From a virus: a stretch of 64,000 bases of DNA. Positions 56,801 to 64,000 of the stretch are shown here, piece by piece. How positions within the stretch are numbered: position 1 is the first letter of the stretch; each line of letters opens with the position of its first letter. Under the pieces are notes generated by a model that saw only the letters and a list, made by a program, of their open reading frames with translations, did no database searches and was not told the origin of the DNA. The position numbers were made by a program, and so were the translations under genes. The stretch is from the IMG/VR virus record IMGVR_UViG_2756170264_000002, positions 1,506-65,505 of that record; one strand, given 5' to 3'.

Positions 56801-58185
56801 AGTGGTTTACTAGCACAATAACATCGTTTGTTGCATTTGCATCTAGCCTTGTTGAAACTGTTAAAACAAATTTCCCTGTGGTTGTGGATTCGATTTTAAG
56901 CTTCTTTATCAATTTACCAGAGAATTTCCTTGAGTTCGGGAAGAACATAATTCAAGGATTGTGGAGCGGTATAAAGGGTGCAATTGATTCATTTATGAGT
57001 TCTATATCAGATTTTATAGATGGATTTGTTCAGGGATTCAAAGACGCTTTGGGGATTCACTCACCGTCAACAGCATTTGCAGAAATTGGCGGTTATATTA
57101 TCGCAGGATTGTTATCAGGTATTGAAAATGCATGGACAGGATTTGCAACGTTTGTTGGTGGTTTACCTCAAAAAGCGGTAGATGCATTTGGAAATATAAA
57201 GACCTTGTTTGTTACAAAAGGTAATGACATTATAAATGGTATTAAAGATGGGTGGAATAATTTATCTGTTGGATTCGCCATTTGGCTAGGTCAAAAAAGA
57301 GAATCAGTTGTAACGAATTTCGGCAGTTACTGGAATAGCTTTGTTACAAAGGGAAATGACATTATTAATGGAATAAAAAAAGGTTGGAATGACTTGTCAA
57401 GTGGATTTGCTACATGGTTAAGTCAAATGCGTGAAAAAGTAGTATCTTGGTTTGGTTCCTTTTATAACAGTTTCATTTCTAAGGGTAATGACATTATTAA
57501 TGGTATTAAAAAGGGATGGGATAATCTATCTAGCAGTTTTTCGGGATGGTTATCTGACAGAAAAGAAAATGTAGTTTCATGGTTTGGAGATTTGAAATCT
57601 AAATTTGTAAACAAGGGAACAGATATTGTTTCAGGTATAAAAAAAGGATGGAATGATAATTGGAGCAATTTTAAAGAATGGTTGAATGGTCTGCCTTCAA
57701 AAATTATAAGTCCATTTAGTAATATGTACAACGAGGGTAAGAAAATAGTAACAAACTTTATTAATGGTCTTAAGTCTGCAAAGTTACCAACATTTCATAT
57801 TAATTGGTCTACCAGTACAAAATCATTTTTTGGTCTTGATATTGATATTCCAATTCCAAATATAAGTTTTTATAAGGATGGTGGCTTCCCGAATATGGGC
57901 GAAGCATTTATCGCAAGAGAAAATGGTCCTGAAATGGTTGGACGAATCGGAAATAAATCTGCAGTAGCCAACAACGACCAAATTACAACAGCTATCACAA
58001 ACGCAGTAGTACAGGGTATGAAAAATGCTTCAAGTGGCGGTACAAGTGATGATTTATTAAGAGAACAAAATGAACTTTTAAGACGAATCTTAGCTAAAGA
58101 TACAAACGTAAGTTTGAATGGACGTAAGGTCAATGAAGAATTAGAAAGTGTTAAAAAGTCTAATGGTTTTAGCTTTGCGACATAA
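53869..58185 (+). CDS. Tape measure protein
   Basis: 1438 aa, Ala/Ser-rich helical, Trp/Phe 11-residue periodicity, C-terminal GGFP..GE.FIARENGPEMVG. Confidence 0.95.
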   Translation: MAEVDRLEVAVEAQATKASQQLDKLISKLNSVSGALSGINASGLTGLANGVQRLSTSMQSMNNVKTSDFTRLASNITKLGNINTANLNNAASAMSQISRAFNNVGNVSSNAVKIGELSKNISKLGNKSVTNAIANIPRLSTALNDMMTQLSRTPRVSNNLIRLTEALSRLTNQGSRVDSATNSIRSSLNGYVNYSNRATKSTLSLAAAIGTLYAKYWLLVRAVRAFMKIVESSMDYIETLNYFDVTVDKIGNDAISSWKQSGYDSAQAYYDSFRNRMTDLTSKMTGFQVNKDGTTTELDIKNLSLDVNEILNYQATFAQMTDSMGLLEDTTINVSNALTMLGADWSSLKNIDMDTAMNKFASALTGQIRPVRELGIDISQTTLETYALKYGISDAVSEMSQAAKVQLRLLAILDQSKVAMGDIANTINQPANQLRVLKQNFSNLARIIGNMFLPIVAKILPYINGLVIALRRLFTWISGLMGIDITGLSSSIGDSALDIEDASDSTDDLTDGLTDATKQAEKLKNITTSIDELNIATQDTTSDSGSNSGTTGTSSGYGVLDDAITAALAEYQAIWDEAFANMESKAEDIADKIQAAFKKIYDIAEPTRLAVKKLWDEGLSLLANFTWKALEDFWNEFLVPIGKWTLGVGLPMFIDAINNFLLKINWSAINSALKNFWQALEPFAEKVGEGLIRFFSDLLSFGADFINAVVPGGLNGIAGALKKISPEQAEKIGYALGIIATALIGFKTIGTIAIGIESLAKVVAGSKIATGFLIFKDALLAVGGAIGGFLINIAKMLGVGKLLSGFTPFATLQTDMALSGASLPALFKTLILTPITTFFTVTLPTAFTSLAASLGSAFGLAGSAAIVAGGAAIVATVVAAVAAIVYTATHWDEIKEFWTKKVPNWWKNSVIPFFQKLPGQIADFFKSLPSKLGYALGFATGTVVKWVAELIKTVATKVPQVINNVVSFFAEMPARIGKWFTSTITSFVAFASSLVETVKTNFPVVVDSILSFFINLPENFLEFGKNIIQGLWSGIKGAIDSFMSSISDFIDGFVQGFKDALGIHSPSTAFAEIGGYIIAGLLSGIENAWTGFATFVGGLPQKAVDAFGNIKTLFVTKGNDIINGIKDGWNNLSVGFAIWLGQKRESVVTNFGSYWNSFVTKGNDIINGIKKGWNDLSSGFATWLSQMREKVVSWFGSFYNSFISKGNDIINGIKKGWDNLSSSFSGWLSDRKENVVSWFGDLKSKFVNKGTDIVSGIKKGWNDNWSNFKEWLNGLPSKIISPFSNMYNEGKKIVTNFINGLKSAKLPTFHINWSTSTKSFFGLDIDIPIPNISFYKDGGFPNMGEAFIARENGPEMVGRIGNKSAVANNDQITTAITNAVVQGMKNASSGGTSDDLLREQNELLRRILAKDTNVSLNGRKVNEELESVKKSNGFSFAT

Positions 58186-58190
58186 TCTAT

Positions 58191-58218
58191 ACCCCTCGAA
58201 ATCGAGGGGTTTTCTTTA
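58191..58218 (+). terminator. Intrinsic terminator
   Basis: ACCCCTCG-AAAT-CGAGGGGT then TTTCTTT. Confidence 0.75.
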
Positions 58219-58241
58219 TTCATAAGGTGGTGGTAATACAT

Positions 58242-58613
58242 ATGGCTTTTATAACAATAAACGGAAAGCAGTTTCCAGCTCCGGCAAGATTTCCAAAACT
58301 GGTTATTAGTACTTTAGTTGATGCTGGCAGAAATGCAAATGGTGTTGTAGTAGGACAAAAAATAGGACGTGACCAAAACAAAGTTGACTCATTGACATGG
58401 CCAGTTCTTGATGCCACCACATGGGCATCTATGTTGCAAGAGTTCAGCGGATTTTTTGTAATCGCTACTATTTGGGACATGGCTGCAAATGATTGGGTAA
58501 CAATCAAGATGTATCCAGGTGACCGAACGGCAGATGTGCTTGAAATTGACGATTCAGGAAGACCAGTAAAATATAAAGATTGTGCAGTAAATATTATTGA
58601 CTGTGGATTATAG
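58242..58613 (+). CDS. Distal tail (Dit-like) protein
   Basis: Follows tape measure; GRNANG, MYPGDR. Confidence 0.7.
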   Translation: MAFITINGKQFPAPARFPKLVISTLVDAGRNANGVVVGQKIGRDQNKVDSLTWPVLDATTWASMLQEFSGFFVIATIWDMAANDWVTIKMYPGDRTADVLEIDDSGRPVKYKDCAVNIIDCGL

Positions 58614-58631
58614 AAAGCGTGGTAACTTAGT

Positions 58632-60872
58632 ATGCATAGAGCAAGTAAAGATTATAAGGAGCAGATGAAACAGGAATATAGAAATCGCACATATCAAATT
58701 GTTTCATTGGGATTGATTAATCAAGATGCTCAAAGAAGTGCATACATAAAAGATAAATCACCCTACACTAATTATTCAGATTTCTCGAAGCTATTCAATA
58801 ATGTTAATGATAGTTTTCAGTATGCGACATTGGAAAATAACTTTACAAAAGTAAATGGTCAGCAGTATTTTATTCCTCGTACAGCTTCACAAAGATACAA
58901 GAATGGTCTGATTACAAGTGCAATGCCTGTTAGCTCAAATGTAGTTATAAGAATTGACTTTAATACAATAGATCCCCTTGAAATTAAAGGAGCAACAATT
59001 GACTTCGGAGAAAATTATCCTATTGATTTCAAAATCAATGGAGAAACAGGAGATACCTGCATCATAACCAATAATGACACAGGCAGTTTTGAGACTGATT
59101 TTATTTTTGAAGATACTAAGTATTTGATTATTACAGTTAGTAAAATGCGGTTTACATATAATCGAGTAAGAATTTATAGTATTCAATTTGGTATTGGACT
59201 TGCATTTAATAACAATCATATTATGTCAAGTAAGCTAAATAATTATGGTTCGGCAATATCAGATAGCATTTACCAATCAGATTTTTCAGTAACGATAAAT
59301 AATAGGGATATGGAGTTCAACGTAGATAATCCTGCCAGCTTGATTAATTTTCTTGAAGAGAATCAAGATATGACAATTTACTTTGGCTATGAACTGGAAG
59401 ATGGCACAGTTGAATGGATAAAGACAGCAACGCTCAAGGTTTCGGCGTGGGAATCTGACGACCAAACGGCTACAATTAAGGCGCAGGATTTGCTAAGAGA
59501 GCTTGACGATAATTATTATAAAGGACAGTACTACACGAATGGCATTACTTTGTATGCGTTGGCTGTTTTAGTTCTTAATGATGGAGCAGTGGAAGAGAAG
59601 AATAGGTACATAGATCCATATTTAAAAAAAGTAACTGTCAGAAATCCACTTCCAAATGTGACACACAAAGAAGCTTTGCAGATTATTGCAAATGCGGGAC
59701 GCTGTGTCTTAAGTGTAAATCGTGATGGACAAATACAGTTAAAGTCCTCATTTATACCCGATAGCTCAATTATTAGTAATGGAGAAACTTCATATAGTAA
59801 TGTAGCGAATACGCTTAATGAAACTGTAAAGCAAGAATATGCGGAATATACGCAGAATTTTACCAAGGTTGGCAGTCAGCAGTATTTTATTCCTCGAAAT
59901 CTGCAATCAAGTATTAATACTGGATACATTAGTTCGTTTGTGAGTGATGAAAACGGAGAGTTTGAAAGCAATCCAGTTATCACAAGATCTCTTGAAGCTT
60001 CTTTTAAGACTTATGGAATCCAGTTGACCTTTGGTGGCTCATTGCCAAGTGGATTTATTGTAAGAACGTACTTATATGATAATATAGTCGAATCTATCAC
60101 AATTACAAAGGATATTGATACAAGCTACATATTGAATTACGATTTCCAAGAATTTGATAAGATTTCAATTGAGTTTGTTGGTACCCAAGAGCCGTTTAAC
60201 AGAATTCATTTAAATAATTTTCATTTTGGTGACTTAACTGACTATCACATTACCTACAATGATATGCTGAGCACTCCAAAGGCTAACAAATTGGAAAAGG
60301 TAAAAACATTGTATATTTCACAAAATATATACGGAAAATCCTCTACTTTGGAACAATTTGTTAATGAGGATGTTGATGTTTATCTTGATGATTTAGAGAG
60401 AACTTTTTACTTTACCAGTCCAGTTTATAACATTTCTATTCGCTTAGTGGATGCGACGAGTGGAGGTGTAAGCATCATAGAAACTGGTGCTTATTATGTA
60501 AAATGCCGATTCAGTGGATTAACTCAAACTACAAAACTCCGATTAGTTGTAGAGGGGTACAAATACAATATAACAACTCTAAAATTATCAAAACAGTTAA
60601 ATAATCGGGGAATTACAAAAGAATGGAGCAATCCCCTCATTGATAGCCAAGGACATGCTGCAGACGTACTAGAATGGCTTGGGGAATATTTCACATCCGA
60701 TAGAGAGTATGAAATATCGTATAGAGGTGAGCCAGCAATTAATATCACGGATATTATTTATCAGGAAAATAAATATGAAGATAATATGAGAGTTGTAGTA
60801 GAAGAATCGACACTAAGCAATAATGGCGGTGCTTTAAGTGGTAGTTTAGTAACTAGAAAGAGGGTGGAGTGA
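58632..60872 (+). CDS. Baseplate/tail hub protein
   Basis: 746 aa after Dit; internal duplication (NFTKVxxQQYFIPR twice). Confidence 0.7.
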   Translation: MHRASKDYKEQMKQEYRNRTYQIVSLGLINQDAQRSAYIKDKSPYTNYSDFSKLFNNVNDSFQYATLENNFTKVNGQQYFIPRTASQRYKNGLITSAMPVSSNVVIRIDFNTIDPLEIKGATIDFGENYPIDFKINGETGDTCIITNNDTGSFETDFIFEDTKYLIITVSKMRFTYNRVRIYSIQFGIGLAFNNNHIMSSKLNNYGSAISDSIYQSDFSVTINNRDMEFNVDNPASLINFLEENQDMTIYFGYELEDGTVEWIKTATLKVSAWESDDQTATIKAQDLLRELDDNYYKGQYYTNGITLYALAVLVLNDGAVEEKNRYIDPYLKKVTVRNPLPNVTHKEALQIIANAGRCVLSVNRDGQIQLKSSFIPDSSIISNGETSYSNVANTLNETVKQEYAEYTQNFTKVGSQQYFIPRNLQSSINTGYISSFVSDENGEFESNPVITRSLEASFKTYGIQLTFGGSLPSGFIVRTYLYDNIVESITITKDIDTSYILNYDFQEFDKISIEFVGTQEPFNRIHLNNFHFGDLTDYHITYNDMLSTPKANKLEKVKTLYISQNIYGKSSTLEQFVNEDVDVYLDDLERTFYFTSPVYNISIRLVDATSGGVSIIETGAYYVKCRFSGLTQTTKLRLVVEGYKYNITTLKLSKQLNNRGITKEWSNPLIDSQGHAADVLEWLGEYFTSDREYEISYRGEPAINITDIIYQENKYEDNMRVVVEESTLSNNGGALSGSLVTRKRVE

Positions 60873-60873
60873 T

Positions 60874-61308
60874 ATGGCATGGATAGAACCTAAGTTAGAC
60901 TGGAATGAATCTTATGATATAGAGGGAACATACACAGGCGATTACTTTAATATAGAAGATTACAACCGGATAAAGAATAACATAGATGAACTTAAGACCA
61001 TGACCATTGAACTTTATCCTGAGTTTTCGTTATCTACTATGGGAGAAGATAAAAATTATGAAGATTATCCATATGCGGACGAAATAAACATGATAACCTC
61101 TAATCTTGATACTATCATGGCAAAGACCTATACCAATCAATTCAGTATCGGTACAAGAATTTTGTACTATGACAATACTCCTTTCATTGGCTTTGCAGAT
61201 TTAAACCGTATCGAAAGTGCATGTCTAAGAATTTACAACACAATAACAGCTCAACACAATAGCAGGCGAAGGCTTGCTTTTTATTTGGGTAGAAAGGAGC
61301 GCTTCTAA
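60874..61308 (+). CDS. Tail-associated hypothetical protein
   Basis: MAWIEPKLDW..FNIEDYNRIKNN..DLNRIES pattern. Confidence 0.7.
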   Translation: MAWIEPKLDWNESYDIEGTYTGDYFNIEDYNRIKNNIDELKTMTIELYPEFSLSTMGEDKNYEDYPYADEINMITSNLDTIMAKTYTNQFSIGTRILYYDNTPFIGFADLNRIESACLRIYNTITAQHNSRRRLAFYLGRKERF

Positions 61309-61310
61309 TT

Positions 61311-63350
61311 ATGGCATTTGAAATGTTAAAAACAGATTATCAGGATGATGTACTAAATACCTCTGTGAACCAAGTTAGAAAATATATGATTGTAAACAAT
61401 GCAGATGGAAGTATCAGCTTAGTTGATGTCACTGTCTACACTAAGACAGGTACATTTATCGGGGCAAAAGATATTAATACTATATGTAGAAACATGAATA
61501 CAATAATGGGATTTATTGAAACGAGTTCTGGAGATTTGGCAGCCGAATTTCAGACATATTTTAATGAGCAAAAGACTTTATTTGAAACAGGTATGAATAA
61601 TGAAAATATTAGTTTTGTTTCGCAATTTGATGCATATTTGGTTAACTTCAAAGCTAGTTGTTCTAGCCAGTTTACAGCTTGGTATGATTCAAATACTGTT
61701 GATTGGTCACAAGACGTTACTGATAGAATTAATGCGATAATTCAATCACTTACAGTATTCCTAGCTGATAACGGACAATTTGTATTAAATAAAGCTTATT
61801 CGGTAGGAAATATTGTTTCTTATAATCTAGGTGATGGAATTACAAGAGGGTATATTGCTGTTAATCCAGTACCAGCAAACTCATACATTTATCCAACAAA
61901 TGAAGATTACTTCGCAAATATAACAAGAGAGGGAATTGCTGGAATCGGACTAGGATTGACACCTCGCAGAAATTGGAGCGACCAGATAACATATGTGCTT
62001 AATGATTTAGTAATTCACGATTATGTTTATTGGAGATGCTTAAATCAAAATACTAATTCAGAGCCAAGTGAGTCAAATGCGAAATGGGAAAAACAATGGG
62101 ACATTACGTCTGAAATGCCGATAGCGTTTGACGAACCGGAAGAAAACAGTTTTTCATTCATGGAAATTTTATCAAACATCGTTTCAGGTACAACGCTTGA
62201 AAATTTATTTACATATGTTAAATCAGCATTTAAAAAGTTTCTAAATAAATTTAAAGATACAGAATATACAGCAACAGGCGCAAGTATTACTTATGATACT
62301 TCAAACGATTCATCCGTGATTATTTCAGACATAGACACAAGTATAAGTGATTTTAATGTTATATCGGAAAATAATGCGCAGTACAATGTGGCAGGATTGG
62401 ACGATTACGCGATTACAGGAGCGGCTTCAATATCGGTCAGCGCAGAACATCAAATCGTAGTAATAAATGGCAATTATGATAATGCTTCAAGACAGTTTCC
62501 GACATCGGCTACTTTAAATAGTGGTGATTATATTTTTAAAATAATACAATTAAGTGGTTCGATAAGTGGAAGTATAACATTTCAGTACTGGGTTAGAAAT
62601 CCATCATCAAGTCTTTTTGTTAATGTAGCAGAGACTAATTCTGAGACATTAAAAGAAGTTGAGTTTTCTTTAAATTACAACACAGATTTGTGCATGATGC
62701 ATATTGTTGGAGCAACAGGAACTACTACAGATAATTACAAATTTATGGTAGTTGTATGTAATAAAAACAAAGAGTACAAGGCAGACAGCGCACTTGTTAT
62801 TAGCAACAATACATCATCATATATAATGAATAGCTATGAGGGCACAACAAATATATTCACAACCTCAGAAGAACCAATAAATTTTACGGCAGAATTTAAG
62901 AGTAAGTTTTGGTATCTAAAAAATAACAAGCTAGACAAAACAAGTGTCGTAGCCAATCTTTCTACAACGGTAGCAGGTAATGCATTAGATGCAACACAAG
63001 GTAAAATATTAGATGATAAGATTACAACGATAACTGATAATTTGGACAATAATACAGTAATAATCCCAACCGTTGGAGCAAATGTAACGAGATTAAGCGG
63101 CGGTTACGTCAAACAAGGTAAACGAGTTTCAGTTAGCATTTCGGTAAAATTTACAACAGCGAGTACCAATTACAGCGTAGCATCCTCTTTACCTACACCA
63201 ATTTCAGGTACTACGACAGGTATAGCCACAAATAGTTCTTTGGGTGGAGTATATTTATGTGAAGTGACGGCAGGTGGAGGATTGACATTGTTTGGTTCTT
63301 TTGCAGTAAATGAAACTTATATATTGTCTGTAAATTATGTATCAAATTAA
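61311..63350 (+). CDS. Tail fibre / receptor-binding protein
   Basis: Mosaic; CBM5/12-like WSDQITY.LND.V...YWRC..N.N.EP; ALDATQGKILDDKI linker; beta-rich C-terminus. Confidence 0.75.
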   Translation: MAFEMLKTDYQDDVLNTSVNQVRKYMIVNNADGSISLVDVTVYTKTGTFIGAKDINTICRNMNTIMGFIETSSGDLAAEFQTYFNEQKTLFETGMNNENISFVSQFDAYLVNFKASCSSQFTAWYDSNTVDWSQDVTDRINAIIQSLTVFLADNGQFVLNKAYSVGNIVSYNLGDGITRGYIAVNPVPANSYIYPTNEDYFANITREGIAGIGLGLTPRRNWSDQITYVLNDLVIHDYVYWRCLNQNTNSEPSESNAKWEKQWDITSEMPIAFDEPEENSFSFMEILSNIVSGTTLENLFTYVKSAFKKFLNKFKDTEYTATGASITYDTSNDSSVIISDIDTSISDFNVISENNAQYNVAGLDDYAITGAASISVSAEHQIVVINGNYDNASRQFPTSATLNSGDYIFKIIQLSGSISGSITFQYWVRNPSSSLFVNVAETNSETLKEVEFSLNYNTDLCMMHIVGATGTTTDNYKFMVVVCNKNKEYKADSALVISNNTSSYIMNSYEGTTNIFTTSEEPINFTAEFKSKFWYLKNNKLDKTSVVANLSTTVAGNALDATQGKILDDKITTITDNLDNNTVIIPTVGANVTRLSGGYVKQGKRVSVSISVKFTTASTNYSVASSLPTPISGTTTGIATNSSLGGVYLCEVTAGGGLTLFGSFAVNETYILSVNYVSN

Positions 63351-63439
63351 ACTGATATTTAGTAATGGTAAAAATAATTGAATATGTAATAAATTAACTA
63401 GCTGATCAAGCTTATTTTTATGTAAAGAAAGGAATAAAT

Positions 63440-63796
63440 ATGGAAAGAATTAAATTTAAAAATTCAGATGAGATATATATTTTAGATGGTTCTACAGAAA
63501 ATCAATATAAATGCGTATTAAATAGTATATCTGATTTTGCAACGCTGTATACAAAACTTACAGATGATAACTTAAGTCAAATCAGCTATCTAAATGAAGC
63601 AGGGGCATTATGCGCTATCTACAAAGATAAAACACTATCTAAAGCGGAGATAGTAACCGAAACGGATGAGGAGACAGGAGAAAGCAAGATGATTACTACG
63701 TTAACCTTTAAGGATATTGATATTACAGCTAAAAAGCTTAAGCACCTAGAAGAAACTATTGACACATTATTAATAAACGGTCTGGAGGTGAAATAA
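63440..63796 (+). CDS. Hypothetical tail-fibre-associated protein
   Basis: AAAGGA RBS; position. Confidence 0.65.
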   Translation: MERIKFKNSDEIYILDGSTENQYKCVLNSISDFATLYTKLTDDNLSQISYLNEAGALCAIYKDKTLSKAEIVTETDEETGESKMITTLTFKDIDITAKKLKHLEETIDTLLINGLEVK

Positions 63797-63797
63797 T

Positions 63798-63930
63798 ATG
63801 GTTTACACCTTAACAAGAATATACAAAGCACAAGGCAAGGAAAAGGGCGAAATAATACTACAAAAAGCAGTAAAAAAAGAACTGGATAACCGAAGCGGAA
63901 ATGCAGCAGATTGTTGAAGAAAACAACTAA
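63798..63930 (+). pseudogene. XkdX-like small protein, +1 A in an A7 run
   Basis: Removing one A gives ...LQKAVKKNWITEAEMQQIVEENN*; GGAGGTG RBS. Confidence 0.55.
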
Positions 63931-63947
63931 GAAAGAGGTAAAGGACT

Positions 63948-64000
63948 ATGACAAAATTAACAGAATTGCAAAACACTACAAATTTAATTTATGGAGCAAT
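63948..64000 (+). CDS. Start of next gene (truncated by window; possibly lysis module)
   Basis: GAGGT RBS, MTKLTELQNTTNLIYGA... Confidence 0.35.
   Translation, partial: MTKLTELQNTTNLIYGA

Larger units (their letters stand above)
1..64000. mobile_element. Temperate siphovirus-like prophage, partial at both ends
   Basis: Continuous module order: immunity, recombination/replication, accessory, terminase, portal, scaffold, capsid, tail tube, tape measure, tail fibre; no host housekeeping genes recognised. Confidence 0.97.

Noticed and set aside
61311-63350. Possible diversity-generating retroelement target in the tail fibre
   Set aside because: No reverse transcriptase and no template/variable repeat pair seen in the window
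1370-63831. Many 60-130 aa ORFs on the strand opposite long genes (e.g. 1370, 2468, 5692-6959, 8720, 12236-13150, 54153-58507, 58935-60748)
   Set aside because: Antisense shadows of well-supported CDSs with no RBS or motifs

Overview
The whole window is a temperate siphovirus-type prophage in a low-GC Firmicute; gene content such as the Spo0A_C homologue and clostridial double-OB SSB suggests Clostridia/Lachnospiraceae (inference). It runs from the immunity region (ImmA/IrrE protease, CI repressor, Cro, antirepressor) through recombination and replication genes (SSB, AAA ATPase, RecT, MBL nuclease, initiator, DnaB, two DNA methyltransferases). An accessory zone follows at about 21.5-37.3 kb, containing a complete 3554-bp IS21-family element with a 5-bp TSD. 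Packaging, head and tail genes come next, ending at the start of the lysis region. The integrase/attL and lysis/attR lie outside the window. Best leads: (1) the MBL-nuclease gene has GGT-TAA-GGT inside its HxHxDH metal-binding motif, a matched take-off/stop/landing layout where a 6-nt ribosomal hop would restore HEHGDH exactly; (2) a pseudoknotted type II hammerhead ribozyme at 34854-34916; (3) a phage Spo0A DNA-binding domain; (4) a second, O-like replication initiator with internal iteron-like repeats; (5) two small hydrophobic-peptide cassettes resembling type I toxins; (6) repeat-bounded accessory gene cassettes and structured leaders. Several single-base frameshifts at short A runs could be sequencing errors. 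All family assignments come from motif recognition, not database searches.
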